Program-made: the position numbers and the translations under genes
NCBI GenBank assembly: GCA_963702005.1
Contig: OY969696.1
Coordinates: 3,040,001-3,104,000, forward strand
Reading direction: 5' to 3'
DNA length: 64,000 nucleotides
Source: Candidatus Aminicenantes bacterium
GTDB taxonomy: Bacteria > Acidobacteriota > Aminicenantia > Aminicenantales > JAFGBC01
Shown: in pieces, positions 52,115-61,414 of the stretch
Layout of the letters: each line of letters starts with the position of its first letter
Numbering within the stretch: the first letter of the stretch is position 1
Notes under the pieces: model-generated
Told to the model about the DNA's origin: nothing
Database searches by the model: none
The model's input: only the letters and a program-made list of their open reading frames with translations

Positions 52115-52336
52115 CTATTTGAGGAGAGAGTCATCGCCTCTTATTATATCAAACGAGCTGGCCTTGAGCCATTCGTCGAGGCGTGACTTTGAGAAGCGGA
52201 GGAACCTGCCGATCTTGACGTAGGGAATCCTGCCGAAGTGGACCCATTCGTAAAGCCGCTGGCGCTTAATCTTCAGGAGAGCGCAAACTTCCTCGGGCGT
52301 CAGCAGTTCCGCGAATTCGACTCTCTCGCCTTTCAT
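52115..52336 (-). CDS. Excisionase-like helix-turn-helix protein
   Basis: LLTPEEVCALLKI...LYEWV...IPYVKIGRFLRF; directly upstream of int. Confidence 0.88.
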   Translation of the reverse strand: MKGERVEFAELLTPEEVCALLKIKRQRLYEWVHFGRIPYVKIGRFLRFSKSRLDEWLKASSFDIIRGDDSLLK

Positions 52337-52400
52337 CTTCGGCCCCGGTCATCATAAGCTCTGTTATGATGATCCCTTTTATCCCGTTTCTCCTATCTAT

Positions 52401-52658
52401 TTACTCTGTTTTGTTCCTGTCCATCCTCGCGCCGATCTTCCCCGGCGAGACGGTGGACAAGACCACATGTCCTTCATCCATAACGATGACGCTTCTCATC
52501 GGCTTCCCGCAGGTAGCGTCTATAAGGAGGCCCTTTTCCCTGGCCTCCCTGACCATCCTCTTTATCGGGGCGGATTTCGGGTCCGCCACCGCAACGATCC
52601 TCCGGACGGCAACCAGGTTCTCATAGCCCACGTTGACCGAGTTTCCGGTTTCTTTCAT
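52401..52658 (-). CDS. remA: DUF370 / RemA-family regulator
   Basis: NVGYENLV...RIVAV..PKSAPIKRMV..AREKGLLIDATCGK.MRSVIVMD..HVVLS signature. Confidence 0.88.
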   Translation of the reverse strand: MKETGNSVNVGYENLVAVRRIVAVADPKSAPIKRMVREAREKGLLIDATCGKPMRSVIVMDEGHVVLSTVSPGKIGARMDRNKTE

Positions 52659-52842
52659 GGCTTCTCCCTTGTCCTCATTTGGGAGGGCCAGGTTATTCTT
52701 TTCTCTTTTTGTTTTAATTCGATTTTATTCAAAATGAACCGATTTTCCCCGGTTTGAACGGATATCAAACCTGAGCTAATTCTAGCTTTCTTATTCTTAC
52801 AGCGATTTGCTTTTGCGAGTCGCTGGTCATAAGCTCGAATCG

Positions 52843-52902
52843 TCGAGCTGTCATCCCCATAGGGATAAAAAAACATGCTATTTGAGCGGGTTTTAATCAC
52901 TG
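52843..52902. repeat. ~60-bp intergenic repeat, copy 1
   Basis: TCGAGCTGTCATCCCCATAGGGATAAAAAAACATGC...AATCACTG; similar to 53657-53716. Confidence 0.8.
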
Positions 52903-53468
52903 GTTTTTCCTGAGTTTTCCAGTGCCTTGCCTTGTTTCGTCTTGCTGAAGGAGTCGCGGTAACTCGTGATGCCTGCCTCCTGGCATTCCATGATTATCTG
53001 GCTCATGCGGAGCTCTTTGAGGCGCGAGTCCCTGGCGTCCATGAGCAAGGCCATTTCTACGTCGCGGACGCGGCCTCCCTTCTGGGCGCACACCGTCTCC
53101 CTGGCCTCTTGATGCGCTTCGATTTCGTTTCGCAAAGAATCGAAGGATTCAGCGCTCGGCAGGGCGATATTGATGAGCGACGGCGACCCTTCCCTTGCCT
53201 CAGGCCGCGTCGCGTCGTTCTGCTTGCTTTTCTTCTTCGCATTCCTTTTTGCCTCCCTGATGATTTTGCCGAGGCAAGGATTGCAGAGGCGGAAGCTCCT
53301 GCGCCATAAGTTATCCTGGAAGCGGAAGCATAGGTGCTTTATGCCCTTGGGTATGGGAGCGCCGCATGATCTGCACTTGGCCTCCCTCTTTGCGGCCTCC
53401 ACGTAGCGCATGTATTCATTGGGAGGCAAGGTCTGCCTCCAGCTCTCGTTGAACCGATTTTCCGTCAT
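52893..53468 (-). CDS. Hypothetical protein with PARP-type zinc-finger-like motif
   Basis: YVEAAK..AKCRSCGAPIPKG...LCNPC; RBS AAGGAGGT before MTENRF. Confidence 0.6.
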   Translation of the reverse strand: MTENRFNESWRQTLPPNEYMRYVEAAKREAKCRSCGAPIPKGIKHLCFRFQDNLWRRSFRLCNPCLGKIIREAKRNAKKKSKQNDATRPEAREGSPSLINIALPSAESFDSLRNEIEAHQEARETVCAQKGGRVRDVEMALLMDARDSRLKELRMSQIIMECQEAGITSYRDSFSKTKQGKALENSGKTSD

Positions 53469-53656
53469 ATCGAATACCTCCTTCTTGTCGGCCCTGTGCC
53501 TGCGGAGGCTTATCTTCTTTCTCATGCTCGCTTCCCTCGGCTGGAGCCGCGAGCGGAAGCCGAAAAGAAGAATATGCCGCCGCGGCATGCTGTCCGAACT
53601 GAGGAGGTATGACGGCAGGTCGTTCGGCGCAAAGAATCTGGAGGCATGCCAGGCCT

Positions 53657-53716
53657 TCGAGTTGTCATCCCCACAGGGATAAAAAAACACGCGGCTTAAG
53701 CTGATTTCAATCACTG
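53657..53716. repeat. ~60-bp intergenic repeat, copy 2
   Basis: TCGAGTTGTCATCCCCACAGGGATAAAAAAACACGC...AATCACTG. Confidence 0.8.
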
Positions 53717-54048
53717 TTGTCTGCCTTGGCCTGGAATCTTTTTAAGGTTGTGATGGTGTGGAAGCCTTTGTAATCCTCCAGGTTGTCTTTTAGCGAGCTT
53801 ATGTAGGCTTCCTTGTCATTGAGCTCTGCTTGCAGGGAGTCTCTTCCCTCCCTGATTTCCCTGATGTATCTGTCGCGCACTTCGAGCGAGCTGCGCAGGA
53901 TAGCCACGTCCTTCCTGAGCTCGTCCTCGATGTTCGGGTATGGCGGAGCGAGCGAGGGGACAAAGGCGCTGGATAGCTCGATCGTGCGGACGCTGCAGCC
54001 CTCGGCTGGCGCTTCTCTTAAATCCATGTTCGAGCGGTAGCCGTTCAT
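53707..54048 (-). CDS. Hypothetical coiled-coil protein
   Basis: RBS GGAGGTG; heptad-like C-terminal half. Confidence 0.6.
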   Translation of the reverse strand: MNGYRSNMDLREAPAEGCSVRTIELSSAFVPSLAPPYPNIEDELRKDVAILRSSLEVRDRYIREIREGRDSLQAELNDKEAYISSLKDNLEDYKGFHTITTLKRFQAKADNSD

Positions 54049-54069
54049 AGTTTCACCTCCCTATGGCTT

Positions 54070-54300
54070 TCATGGACCATAGCAATCACTCCTGTCGAGC
54101 CCGTGGTCCCTGCAATACAACTGCAGGGTTTCGTAGGCATACGCAGCCGCGGTCTCGCTGCCGAACCCGTTTTTCTCGTCCAGCAGGAAGCAGAGCCGCC
54201 ACAGCGTCCTGGAGACGCTAGGCTTTTTGCTGAAGAAGAGCGTAAGCTCATGCCAGAGCCCATAGCTCTTGCGCTTTCTCACGCGGTCTTCCCAGCTCAT
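54070..54300 (-). CDS. Hypothetical protein
   Basis: RBS AAGGAGG; ATGA overlap with the upstream gene. Confidence 0.55.
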   Translation of the reverse strand: MSWEDRVRKRKSYGLWHELTLFFSKKPSVSRTLWRLCFLLDEKNGFGSETAAAYAYETLQLYCRDHGLDRSDCYGP

Positions 54301-54545
54301 ACTCTCGCCTCCTTGTTCACATAGGGGATATCGCATCTTGTTATCTCCCATACGAAGGGAGCCAGCGACATTATTTCGCGCTCGGAGAAGTATCCCCATT
54401 CGGGGCATGTGCCAATGACGAAGCCGAAGAAGTAGCCAGGCTCGACCTCCTCGACGGCGAACCAGTACCAGCCGCTGAAGGATTCCCAGGCCCTGATGAT
54501 GGGTTTGCCATTGATTTTCCCGTCGGCGATTATCACTGTGGGCAT
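54297..54545 (-). CDS. DUF2958-like protein
   Basis: WYWFAVE...FFGFVIG..PEWGYFS.REI signature typical of mobile elements. Confidence 0.7.
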   Translation of the reverse strand: MPTVIIADGKINGKPIIRAWESFSGWYWFAVEEVEPGYFFGFVIGTCPEWGYFSEREIMSLAPFVWEITRCDIPYVNKEARV

Positions 54546-54554
54546 AGCATCACC

Positions 54555-54800
54555 TCACGCTCCGCTGCTTTCCTCAAGGATTTCTTCGCCATGAAGTATC
54601 TGGACCGTCGGTATCTTACGGCCCTCTTTCCAGTCAACGGTCAGATGAATCGCCAGCTTCTTGTCTTTGCGAGGACCCCAGAATACGGCTACGGCGATTT
54701 GCTTATTACCCCTGCAGGTAAATTGTTTTTGCCGAGTGTCGCTAATGCCTTTGAGGAATAATCTATCCTGGATGTCGCTTCGGGTTGTCATCTTGGACAC
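54555..54800 (-). CDS. Hypothetical protein
   Basis: RBS GGGGAG before GTG; co-oriented in the cluster. Confidence 0.5.
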   Translation of the reverse strand: MSKMTTRSDIQDRLFLKGISDTRQKQFTCRGNKQIAVAVFWGPRKDKKLAIHLTVDWKEGRKIPTVQILHGEEILEESSGA

Positions 54801-55117
54801 CTCCCCTTTTTAAATCGCTCAAGCGAGCCGTCGAGCTGCCTTTGCTTGCACTGCGCGAGCAAGTGAACTAAATTCACGTCTTTCGCTTGCATAGCACTCA
54901 CCTCCAGCGGAATGTTGGCGCTGCGAGTTAATCTGCCGCGCTTCGCTCTGAAGGCGTTAGGCAGAATTATCTTGCCAGCCAGAAATGTAGCTGGGGTGAG
55001 TGTGCCCTGGCGGAAGACGCATGGCCGTTCACTTGCTGACCAGAGCAAAGGGCATGTCATGCTGGCCTCTCGGAGCTCCATGGCTTGAGGTGGAGGAGAT
55101 CGTCAAGGACTGCGATT

Positions 55118-55630
55118 TTAGCTTTCATATTCATAGGCATCTTCATGGTTCTGTGCCGACTTTTCATCATCTTCATCTTCGAAGCCGTCGTCCTGCCAGC
55201 AGGATTCATCTTGATCGCCGGCGCGGGATTTTGCCTCAAGCTCGTCGGCCAGCCGCGCAAGCTCGGCTTGTTCCGCTTCCATCTCGCGCCAGACCTCCTC
55301 CCTGTGGCGCTTCTCCTCCTGCAGACGGGCGAAGGTCTCGGGATCGAAGTTCTCCGGGTGATCGTCCCAGGTGTCGTCAAAGTAGCCGCGAGATTCCAGG
55401 TCCTTGAATTTGTACCAGCAGCGGCGGAAACCTTCGTCTTTCGGATGCCAGACCGCAAAGCGCTCGCATTTGAGGCAGTCGATGTACGGGACTTCCCTGT
55501 CTTGCTCTGGGCAGAGGACTGGCGGCCCAACGACGGTCAAGCCAGAGTAGCGCCTTCCGGGGAGCGGCGGCAGTACCACGCGCCTCGGCATGCCCACTCG
55601 GTTGAACATTCGGCTTTGAGGGATTCTCAC
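55118..55630 (-). CDS. Hypothetical protein with Cys motif and acidic tail
   Basis: CP...DCLKCERF...RRC; very D/E-rich C-terminus; GTGA overlap with the ATPase. Confidence 0.65.
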   Translation of the reverse strand: MRIPQSRMFNRVGMPRRVVLPPLPGRRYSGLTVVGPPVLCPEQDREVPYIDCLKCERFAVWHPKDEGFRRCWYKFKDLESRGYFDDTWDDHPENFDPETFARLQEEKRHREEVWREMEAEQAELARLADELEAKSRAGDQDESCWQDDGFEDEDDEKSAQNHEDAYEYES

Positions 55631-57654
55631 AGGAGCTCTCTCACCAGGCTGAATTTCACTCTTGAAAGCTTCTCCCAGGGGACCGCCTTGTAGACCGCGT
55701 CCTTGGCCTCGTTCTGGGAGGCCTGGTTCTTCGTGACTATGACGACCTCGCTGAATCCGGCTTCAAGATCGCGCAACGCGTTTTCCGCGACGTGCGGATT
55801 AGCGGGTTCGAGCTCTATCTCGTAGGCGACCGCGCCTTCGGGTCGAATCTCCGCGACGTCTACGGCCTTGCCGTTGGCTTCATGCTCTATCGCCACGGTC
55901 TTTCCTGCTTTTTTCAGCGCTTCGGCAAGGAGGTTCTGCAGGATCACGTGCTCGGTCGAGCCCCTCCCGCGCAGGCGCACTTTTTCGTAATCTACGCCGA
56001 CGAATCGAGCGCCTTCTGGCCCGAGGACGGCATAAGTCTTCGGATTGCCGCGCTGGCCGAGTGAGAGCTGGCAGAGCTCTATGAGGCCCTGGCGCGCCAT
56101 TCCGTCCGCGATCTTCCGGGCCAGCCAGGGCGAGACGTTCCCCATGCGCGCATAGAGCTCGGAGAGCGTCATCTTTCCGGCCTCAACGAGCAGTTTCGCT
56201 ATGCCGGTCCAGATCCTATTGGGCTTCTGTCCAGTTGGCCTGCACTTCTCCCAGGGAAGAGGCTTTGCGTTGGCTTCGTTTGACAGGCTTGCCTCCTCTC
56301 CTAGCGGTGCATAATCAAGCGAAGCAAGAACCTCTTCAGAATGGCGTTCTGCATCCTTGTCCGAAACCTGCTCGAAGCTCAGCATAGGGATCTCGAAGAG
56401 AACGGGCTCGGGATAATCGGCCGACTGGAATACGCACTGGCGCTTTGGAATTACCGGCAAGAAGGCGGCCTGCTCCTGCATAAGGCTCAAGCCCTGCGCC
56501 ATGCGCCAGCCGCATTTGCCGTTTACGAGCCGCATGACGAAGCGGTTGTTGACGTTCGCAAGGAGCGGATTCGGAAGCTCGCTCGGCACCTGGTCGGAAT
56601 AGATGAAGCCGACGCCCCGCTTCCGGAACGTGCGGGCGCTTCCGAATATCATGCCTTCGCCCAGGTCATAGCGTTCCGAAAGGCGCTCGTTGAAGAGCTT
56701 ATGCGCCTCCTCGATGACGACAAGCATGCGGAGGCCGGAAAAAGCAAAGCGCTCCATATGGCTCGAAAGACGGAGAAGCTTGAGATAGATGTAAAAGTTG
56801 CGGATGTCATCGCTCACGCCGCCAGTCCTGAAGACGACGGTCTTGCTGGCGAGCGCGTCCAGGTCATAGCCCCGCCTGCACACGAGCGTTTTTTCCAGGT
56901 TGGCGGCCAGGCTCCGGAAGCGGTTTACCAGCGTTTCATGGAATCCAGAAAAACGGGTGCCGGGCTTGAATTCAATGCGATCCAGCGTCGCGACCAGATC
57001 CGTAATAGTGGGGTAGTTAATCCCGCCGTCGAGGACGCCGTTATTCGCGTAAAGCCCCCGGAGAATTCCGTCAAGCAGGTTAATCGAACCGTCGCGGAAG
57101 AAAAAGACCTCGCGGCAGAGGTTCTTTAGCCTGCCTAGCCATTCACTAGGGGCGATACCTGGCGGCGGCTGGAGGAAGTTGTCCCTGTCCAACGCTGGCG
57201 TCAAGACGAGGAAACGCGCCGGGTCGACGTGCCTGAGCAGGACCTTGTACTCGTTTTCGGGGTCAAATATCCAGGCGTGAATGCCTGCAGCGGCCAGCAG
57301 GGAAACGAGATAACGAATTAGATACGATTTTCCGCTTCCGCTGTGGCCGACTACGAGCGTGTGTTCGCCAAAAGAGCCGAATGGAATTATGAGCTTCCTG
57401 ACCTTCTTTTCTCCCAGAATAATGTCGCCCGGCGAGATCCCGTCCCCGGTTATCTTCCCGGACCCTAGGCCAAAGACCGGGAGGTCATATAGGGCCAGGC
57501 CTTGTTTTTTCAGTTCCCTCAGAAAGTGCCTTTTATAAAGCGGGATTTTGTCTGGATTCCGCGCGGCGCTCTCAAGGCATTTGATGATATCCGGCTTCTC
57601 GATGCCGATCATTCCGGCGATGGATTTGAGCTCTTCAAACCAATAGTCAGTCAT
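55627..57654 (-). CDS. HerA/VirB4/VirD4-like P-loop ATPase with C-terminal wHTH and PD-(D/E)xK-like domain
   Basis: HTLVVGHSGSGKS, VIEEAH, RKRGVG...DQVPS motifs; C-terminal EH...VDV...AYEIE. Confidence 0.8.
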   Translation of the reverse strand: MTDYWFEELKSIAGMIGIEKPDIIKCLESAARNPDKIPLYKRHFLRELKKQGLALYDLPVFGLGSGKITGDGISPGDIILGEKKVRKLIIPFGSFGEHTLVVGHSGSGKSYLIRYLVSLLAAAGIHAWIFDPENEYKVLLRHVDPARFLVLTPALDRDNFLQPPPGIAPSEWLGRLKNLCREVFFFRDGSINLLDGILRGLYANNGVLDGGINYPTITDLVATLDRIEFKPGTRFSGFHETLVNRFRSLAANLEKTLVCRRGYDLDALASKTVVFRTGGVSDDIRNFYIYLKLLRLSSHMERFAFSGLRMLVVIEEAHKLFNERLSERYDLGEGMIFGSARTFRKRGVGFIYSDQVPSELPNPLLANVNNRFVMRLVNGKCGWRMAQGLSLMQEQAAFLPVIPKRQCVFQSADYPEPVLFEIPMLSFEQVSDKDAERHSEEVLASLDYAPLGEEASLSNEANAKPLPWEKCRPTGQKPNRIWTGIAKLLVEAGKMTLSELYARMGNVSPWLARKIADGMARQGLIELCQLSLGQRGNPKTYAVLGPEGARFVGVDYEKVRLRGRGSTEHVILQNLLAEALKKAGKTVAIEHEANGKAVDVAEIRPEGAVAYEIELEPANPHVAENALRDLEAGFSEVVIVTKNQASQNEAKDAVYKAVPWEKLSRVKFSLVRELL

Positions 57655-57896
57655 TCCTTTGGAGACACCTTGTTAAGGAATCCGATTATTGCGGGCGCGA
57701 TTACGGCGGCTCCGATGACGACGAACATTAGAAGGATCGAGCCGCCCACTCCGCCGTATTTCGCGAGCGAAATGCCGAAGGCAAGCCCGATACCTGCGCC
57801 GACCGCAAGGCTGAAAACGGCGCGGGCATGCCTGGCCAGGAACCGGAAAAGCCCGGCGAGGAGCGCAATCACGATCTCGATAAAGGCGTACATCAG
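57651..57896 (-). CDS. Small membrane protein (2-3 TM)
   Basis: Hydrophobic Gly-rich helices; overlaps both neighbours; start approximate. Confidence 0.65.
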   Translation of the reverse strand: MMYAFIEIVIALLAGLFRFLARHARAVFSLAVGAGIGLAFGISLAKYGGVGGSILLMFVVIGAAVIAPAIIGFLNKVSPKE

Positions 57897-58270
57897 CTTT
57901 TCCTCCGCAGCGAAGCGCGGACCATCCCCGGCAGGCCGCACGTGCGGCATACTCGAACGCCAGGCTTGAGGATGCTTTCAGCGCTGCAGCCAGGGCAACA
58001 GATTCTTCCGCACGAAGAGCAAGCAAATTTGCCGGATTTCGCGTCGGCCTCGCATATCGTTGCCGTGCCGCACACGTGGCAGATAGCGCCCGTCGCTCCG
58101 ACATGGCCGCAATCGTTAAGGCCTTTTTCGACTTCGGTCGTCCGGTGAATCGTCCCTTCCGCGTCCACGCCTTCGACGTGCACTGTCCTCGCGACTTCGC
58201 CGGTCTCGGAGACGCGCCTGCCGATTCTTTCTATGGTAGTTTTGATTTCGTCCGGAGCATTCTTTCCCAT
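57893..58270 (-). CDS. Cys-rich zinc-finger protein
   Basis: CGH, CHVC, CSSC, CPGC and CRTC motifs; RBS AAGGAGG. Confidence 0.7.
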   Translation of the reverse strand: MGKNAPDEIKTTIERIGRRVSETGEVARTVHVEGVDAEGTIHRTTEVEKGLNDCGHVGATGAICHVCGTATICEADAKSGKFACSSCGRICCPGCSAESILKPGVRVCRTCGLPGMVRASLRRKS

Positions 58271-58295
58271 GCCTGCCTCCTTTCCGGCGCTGTTC

Positions 58296-59429
58296 CTAGC
58301 GCCAGAAGCCGCCGCCCGCGTCCTCAATTGCCCTGATCCCGAAACGCCTGGCCGCCTCCCTGGCCTCTTCTATTTCCGATGGGGACACCAGCCGGTTGAG
58401 GCCAGGATCGGTTTTCGTCTTCCAGTCCGGGACAAAATTGTCTATGACGCTGAGCCATATTTTTTCCCTGTATGCGCTCAGCTTTTCCAGGCCTGGCTTG
58501 TGGCAGCATTCCACGTGTCCGGGAAGGATGAGCATCCTGACGATTGCCTTTGCTTCTTGGCTGCATATTTGCCTCATGCCTTCCTCCGCGACCTCGACGT
58601 AATTTCCCGCGCCAGACAGCCTCCTAGCGCATGAGCTGTTGCCGTACTTGAAATCGGTCAGCCATACATCGACGACGCCGTCGAGCAGTTTGTAAAGGAC
58701 CGGGCTCGCATAGCCGTTGTCGTTCATCACGACGGGGAGCCGGAACGAGAGCGGAGCGGCGTTGAGGGCTTCGAGGATCGCGCAGGCCGACTCGTCAGGG
58801 TTCCCTCCGCCAAACTCCAGCGAAGCTGCTCTTGAAAAATATATGTCTGAAGCGAGCACTGCCCAGAGTCCGGAATCCAGTCTCCTTATTGGCTTCGGAG
58901 CGTAGCTTTCCCTGGCCTGGCAGAAAACGCAGTTCAGGGCGCAACCCACAAGCCTAACGGTAGCGCTTGGCGTGATGACGGCCTCTTCCGCGATGTGGAC
59001 GAAAGGCTCGTCGTAGTGAGCGTCTGGCCCGAGGCCGCAGCGACCCTTTCCCTCGAACCTGTTAGCTCCGCAATTCCTGCCGCACAGGCCGCAACGCTCA
59101 AGCTCCCTTCTGGCCAGCTCGATTTTCAGGTCGAAAAGGCTAAGGCCTCTCCCGTCGTCTGGTCCCTCCCCGCCTTCTCTGATCGCGCCGTCATGCAAAT
59201 CCCACAACTTGGAAGCATCGAAATCCTGTATCGTTTCTGGATCAGTGGCCTGAACGGAAACGCGCCTGGCCCTCTGGAAAGAGGGCACGAAATCCAAAGG
59301 AGGAGGAATGGACTGAATGCTGAAATCAGGCTGGAGCCTCGTTATGACCGGAAGGCAGTCGAAGCTCGGATCGACCATGAACAGCCTTCCGTCCTGCGTC
59401 AGGCTGCACTTGATTTTTCTGCCAGCCAT
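58296..59429 (-). CDS. PflX-like radical SAM protein with N-terminal extension
   Basis: CGLCGRNCGANR...CG, GCALNCVFCQ, DVWLTDFKYGN..CA..LSG..NY and RMLILPGHVECC motifs. Confidence 0.88.
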   Translation of the reverse strand: MAGRKIKCSLTQDGRLFMVDPSFDCLPVITRLQPDFSIQSIPPPLDFVPSFQRARRVSVQATDPETIQDFDASKLWDLHDGAIREGGEGPDDGRGLSLFDLKIELARRELERCGLCGRNCGANRFEGKGRCGLGPDAHYDEPFVHIAEEAVITPSATVRLVGCALNCVFCQARESYAPKPIRRLDSGLWAVLASDIYFSRAASLEFGGGNPDESACAILEALNAAPLSFRLPVVMNDNGYASPVLYKLLDGVVDVWLTDFKYGNSSCARRLSGAGNYVEVAEEGMRQICSQEAKAIVRMLILPGHVECCHKPGLEKLSAYREKIWLSVIDNFVPDWKTKTDPGLNRLVSPSEIEEAREAARRFGIRAIEDAGGGFWR

Positions 59430-59430
59430 T

Positions 59431-59919
59431 TCAGTGCGCGCTCTTGCTCCGGACTGCCTTCGCTTCTCTTTCGTGCTTTCCCTTGTCAAACAAGCGAGAA
59501 ATAGTGTCGAATTCGGTCGAAGTCGGGGGCAGGGCTTTCCGCTCCTCGAAGCTCGCTCCGAGCATCCCTTCGAAATTTCCCCTCGGCGCTAGCAGGAGAT
59601 TGACGGCCGGTCCGGGAAGCGAGCTGTACCCTTCCTGTTCCATCTCGAAGCCGGTCTTCTCTGCGGCTTCCCCGAGAAGACAGAGAGTCGCAGCCTGCTC
59701 AATGCTGAGGTTTCTCTGGAGCTCCCGGATGATTTCGCCCTGGAAAAGCTTGCCGGTGATTTCCGCAAATCCGATTGAAACGGGCTCAAAGGCCATGCCC
59801 AATTCGGGAGCCGAATGATCGAAAGCGACCCCTTCGAGCTCAAGCCGCCTGACTGCGGCTCCCAGGCCTCTGAGGAATTGGTCCATGTTGCGGACCGGAA
59901 GAGCAATGCTTCTTGACAT
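59431..59919 (-). CDS. Hypothetical protein
   Basis: RBS GGGAGG; 1-bp gaps to both neighbours. Confidence 0.65.
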   Translation of the reverse strand: MSRSIALPVRNMDQFLRGLGAAVRRLELEGVAFDHSAPELGMAFEPVSIGFAEITGKLFQGEIIRELQRNLSIEQAATLCLLGEAAEKTGFEMEQEGYSSLPGPAVNLLLAPRGNFEGMLGASFEERKALPPTSTEFDTISRLFDKGKHEREAKAVRSKSAH

Positions 59920-59920
59920 G

Positions 59921-61414
59921 TCAGTCTACCTCCCTCGTCACGGAATATTTTTTAAGGCGTGCGCCCGCCTTTTCGAAGAAACCCTTCCAGAAAGCCTTCA
60001 GCGCCGCCCAATAGGACGGCGACTTGTTGTTCGTCAGCACTCCAAGCACGAAAACGTCGACGTTCCTTAGCGGCGGGATCATGCCTCGCTTCTCCGCCAC
60101 TGCTAGCAGATCAGAGACGTTCAACCGTTCGGGACTCTCCAGGTCGAGCTCCTTCGTCGCTTGCCGCATGTCCGAAAAGACGATCAGCCGCTTTTCCTGC
60201 GCGCTCCCGTCCTCAAGGAAAATTTGCGCGATTGCGAGCGCTCCGATGACGTCGGAATTCGTGAATACGGGGTTGAGGTCCCTGGCTCTCGCCCGCCATT
60301 CGCTAACGAGCGAGGCCCTTTCCTCTTTCAGCCTTTCCTTGAAGTAACCCGGTTTCAAGCCGGTCCTTCCGCTGAGCAGTATCGCTGGCTTGCCGAAGCT
60401 TCTGTCGGTAACGGCCAGGACCGCAATTTTCTCGCCTGGCCCGGCTGCGTTCAGGCAGGCCTCAACGGCTTTCGCGTTCTTTACGCATTCGTCCTGGCCA
60501 ACGGACTTCGTGAGGTCAACGATGATGACCGTATTTTTGCCAAGCTCCTCGCCGAAGGCGCGGCCTGCTGCGAGCGAAAGCAGGATGGCAAGAATGATTA
60601 TTATGGGAAGAGCAATCGCCCACTTCTTCTCGCCTGACAATTTGTTCGTAGTCGCCTGCCGCGCCCAGATGGCGAATTCTGCGCCGATGATCTTCGGCCT
60701 GTTCCTGCGCACGTTAATCTCCCTGTCCCTCGCAATCATGTTCCGTATTTCCCGCTGCTTTCTTCTGTGCGCCCTGACTTCCGGCGAATAAAGCCACTCG
60801 ACCACGCGAAAAAGCGTAAGGCCCGCTGCGAGCTCGACTCCGAGCGCCAGCATGGGGAGCGCGATGGTGAGAAGCCTCGAAGTCGTCTGATAGAAGGATT
60901 CGGAGGCCGTTCCCAGGGTCCGAAAAAGCTGGCCTCGGACGATGCCGAGCTGGACATGCGCGATCAGAAGGCTCAGCAGGGCGACGCCGGAAAGGCTCAC
61001 GAGGACCCATTTTTTCGCGTAATACGCGGTAAGGAAGCCGTCCATCATCAGGCAGGTCGCCAGGATGATGCCGAGCGAGGCGAAGTGCGCCTTGATGCCG
61101 ATCTCGTAGGGCTCGAAGGTCAGGAACATGAGCGCATAGCTTGCGAGGACCAGAAAGACAAAAAGGAAGATGCCGAATCTTGCCCTGACAACCGCGTGTT
61201 CAAGAACCCATTCGGGCTTGGCTTTTATCCTGTTCAGCCAGGCATCAATCATCGCTACTGCGTCCTGCGATTTGCGGCCATCGACTTGCGCTTCCCTGAT
61301 GCGCGGCTCTTCTTCGAGCTCTATCTTCCTTTCGAGCTCTGCGCGGAGCTTCTGAACGTTTTTCCCGCTTACTTTTTTTGATCCAAGGATGTCAGTCCAA
61401 GGATGTTTTATCAT
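59921..61414 (-). CDS. Multi-TM membrane protein with C-terminal VWA-like domain
   Basis: About 5 TM helices; IIVDLTKS, NSDVIGAL and LIVFSDM (MIDAS-like) motifs; RBS AGGAG; ATGA overlap. Confidence 0.72.
   Translation of the reverse strand: MIKHPWTDILGSKKVSGKNVQKLRAELERKIELEEEPRIREAQVDGRKSQDAVAMIDAWLNRIKAKPEWVLEHAVVRARFGIFLFVFLVLASYALMFLTFEPYEIGIKAHFASLGIILATCLMMDGFLTAYYAKKWVLVSLSGVALLSLLIAHVQLGIVRGQLFRTLGTASESFYQTTSRLLTIALPMLALGVELAAGLTLFRVVEWLYSPEVRAHRRKQREIRNMIARDREINVRRNRPKIIGAEFAIWARQATTNKLSGEKKWAIALPIIIILAILLSLAAGRAFGEELGKNTVIIVDLTKSVGQDECVKNAKAVEACLNAAGPGEKIAVLAVTDRSFGKPAILLSGRTGLKPGYFKERLKEERASLVSEWRARARDLNPVFTNSDVIGALAIAQIFLEDGSAQEKRLIVFSDMRQATKELDLESPERLNVSDLLAVAEKRGMIPPLRNVDVFVLGVLTNNKSPSYWAALKAFWKGFFEKAGARLKKYSVTREVD

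Noticed and set aside
52655-52900. 81-aa ORF, and the N-terminal extension of ORF 52893-53714, sharing FFYP.GDD.S
   Set aside because: The similarity comes from the 60-bp DNA repeat; the better RBS and start for the larger gene is at 53468, so these stretches are probably non-coding.
54315-54360. Third copy of the 60-bp repeat
   Set aside because: Only weak partial similarity and it lies within the DUF2958-like CDS.
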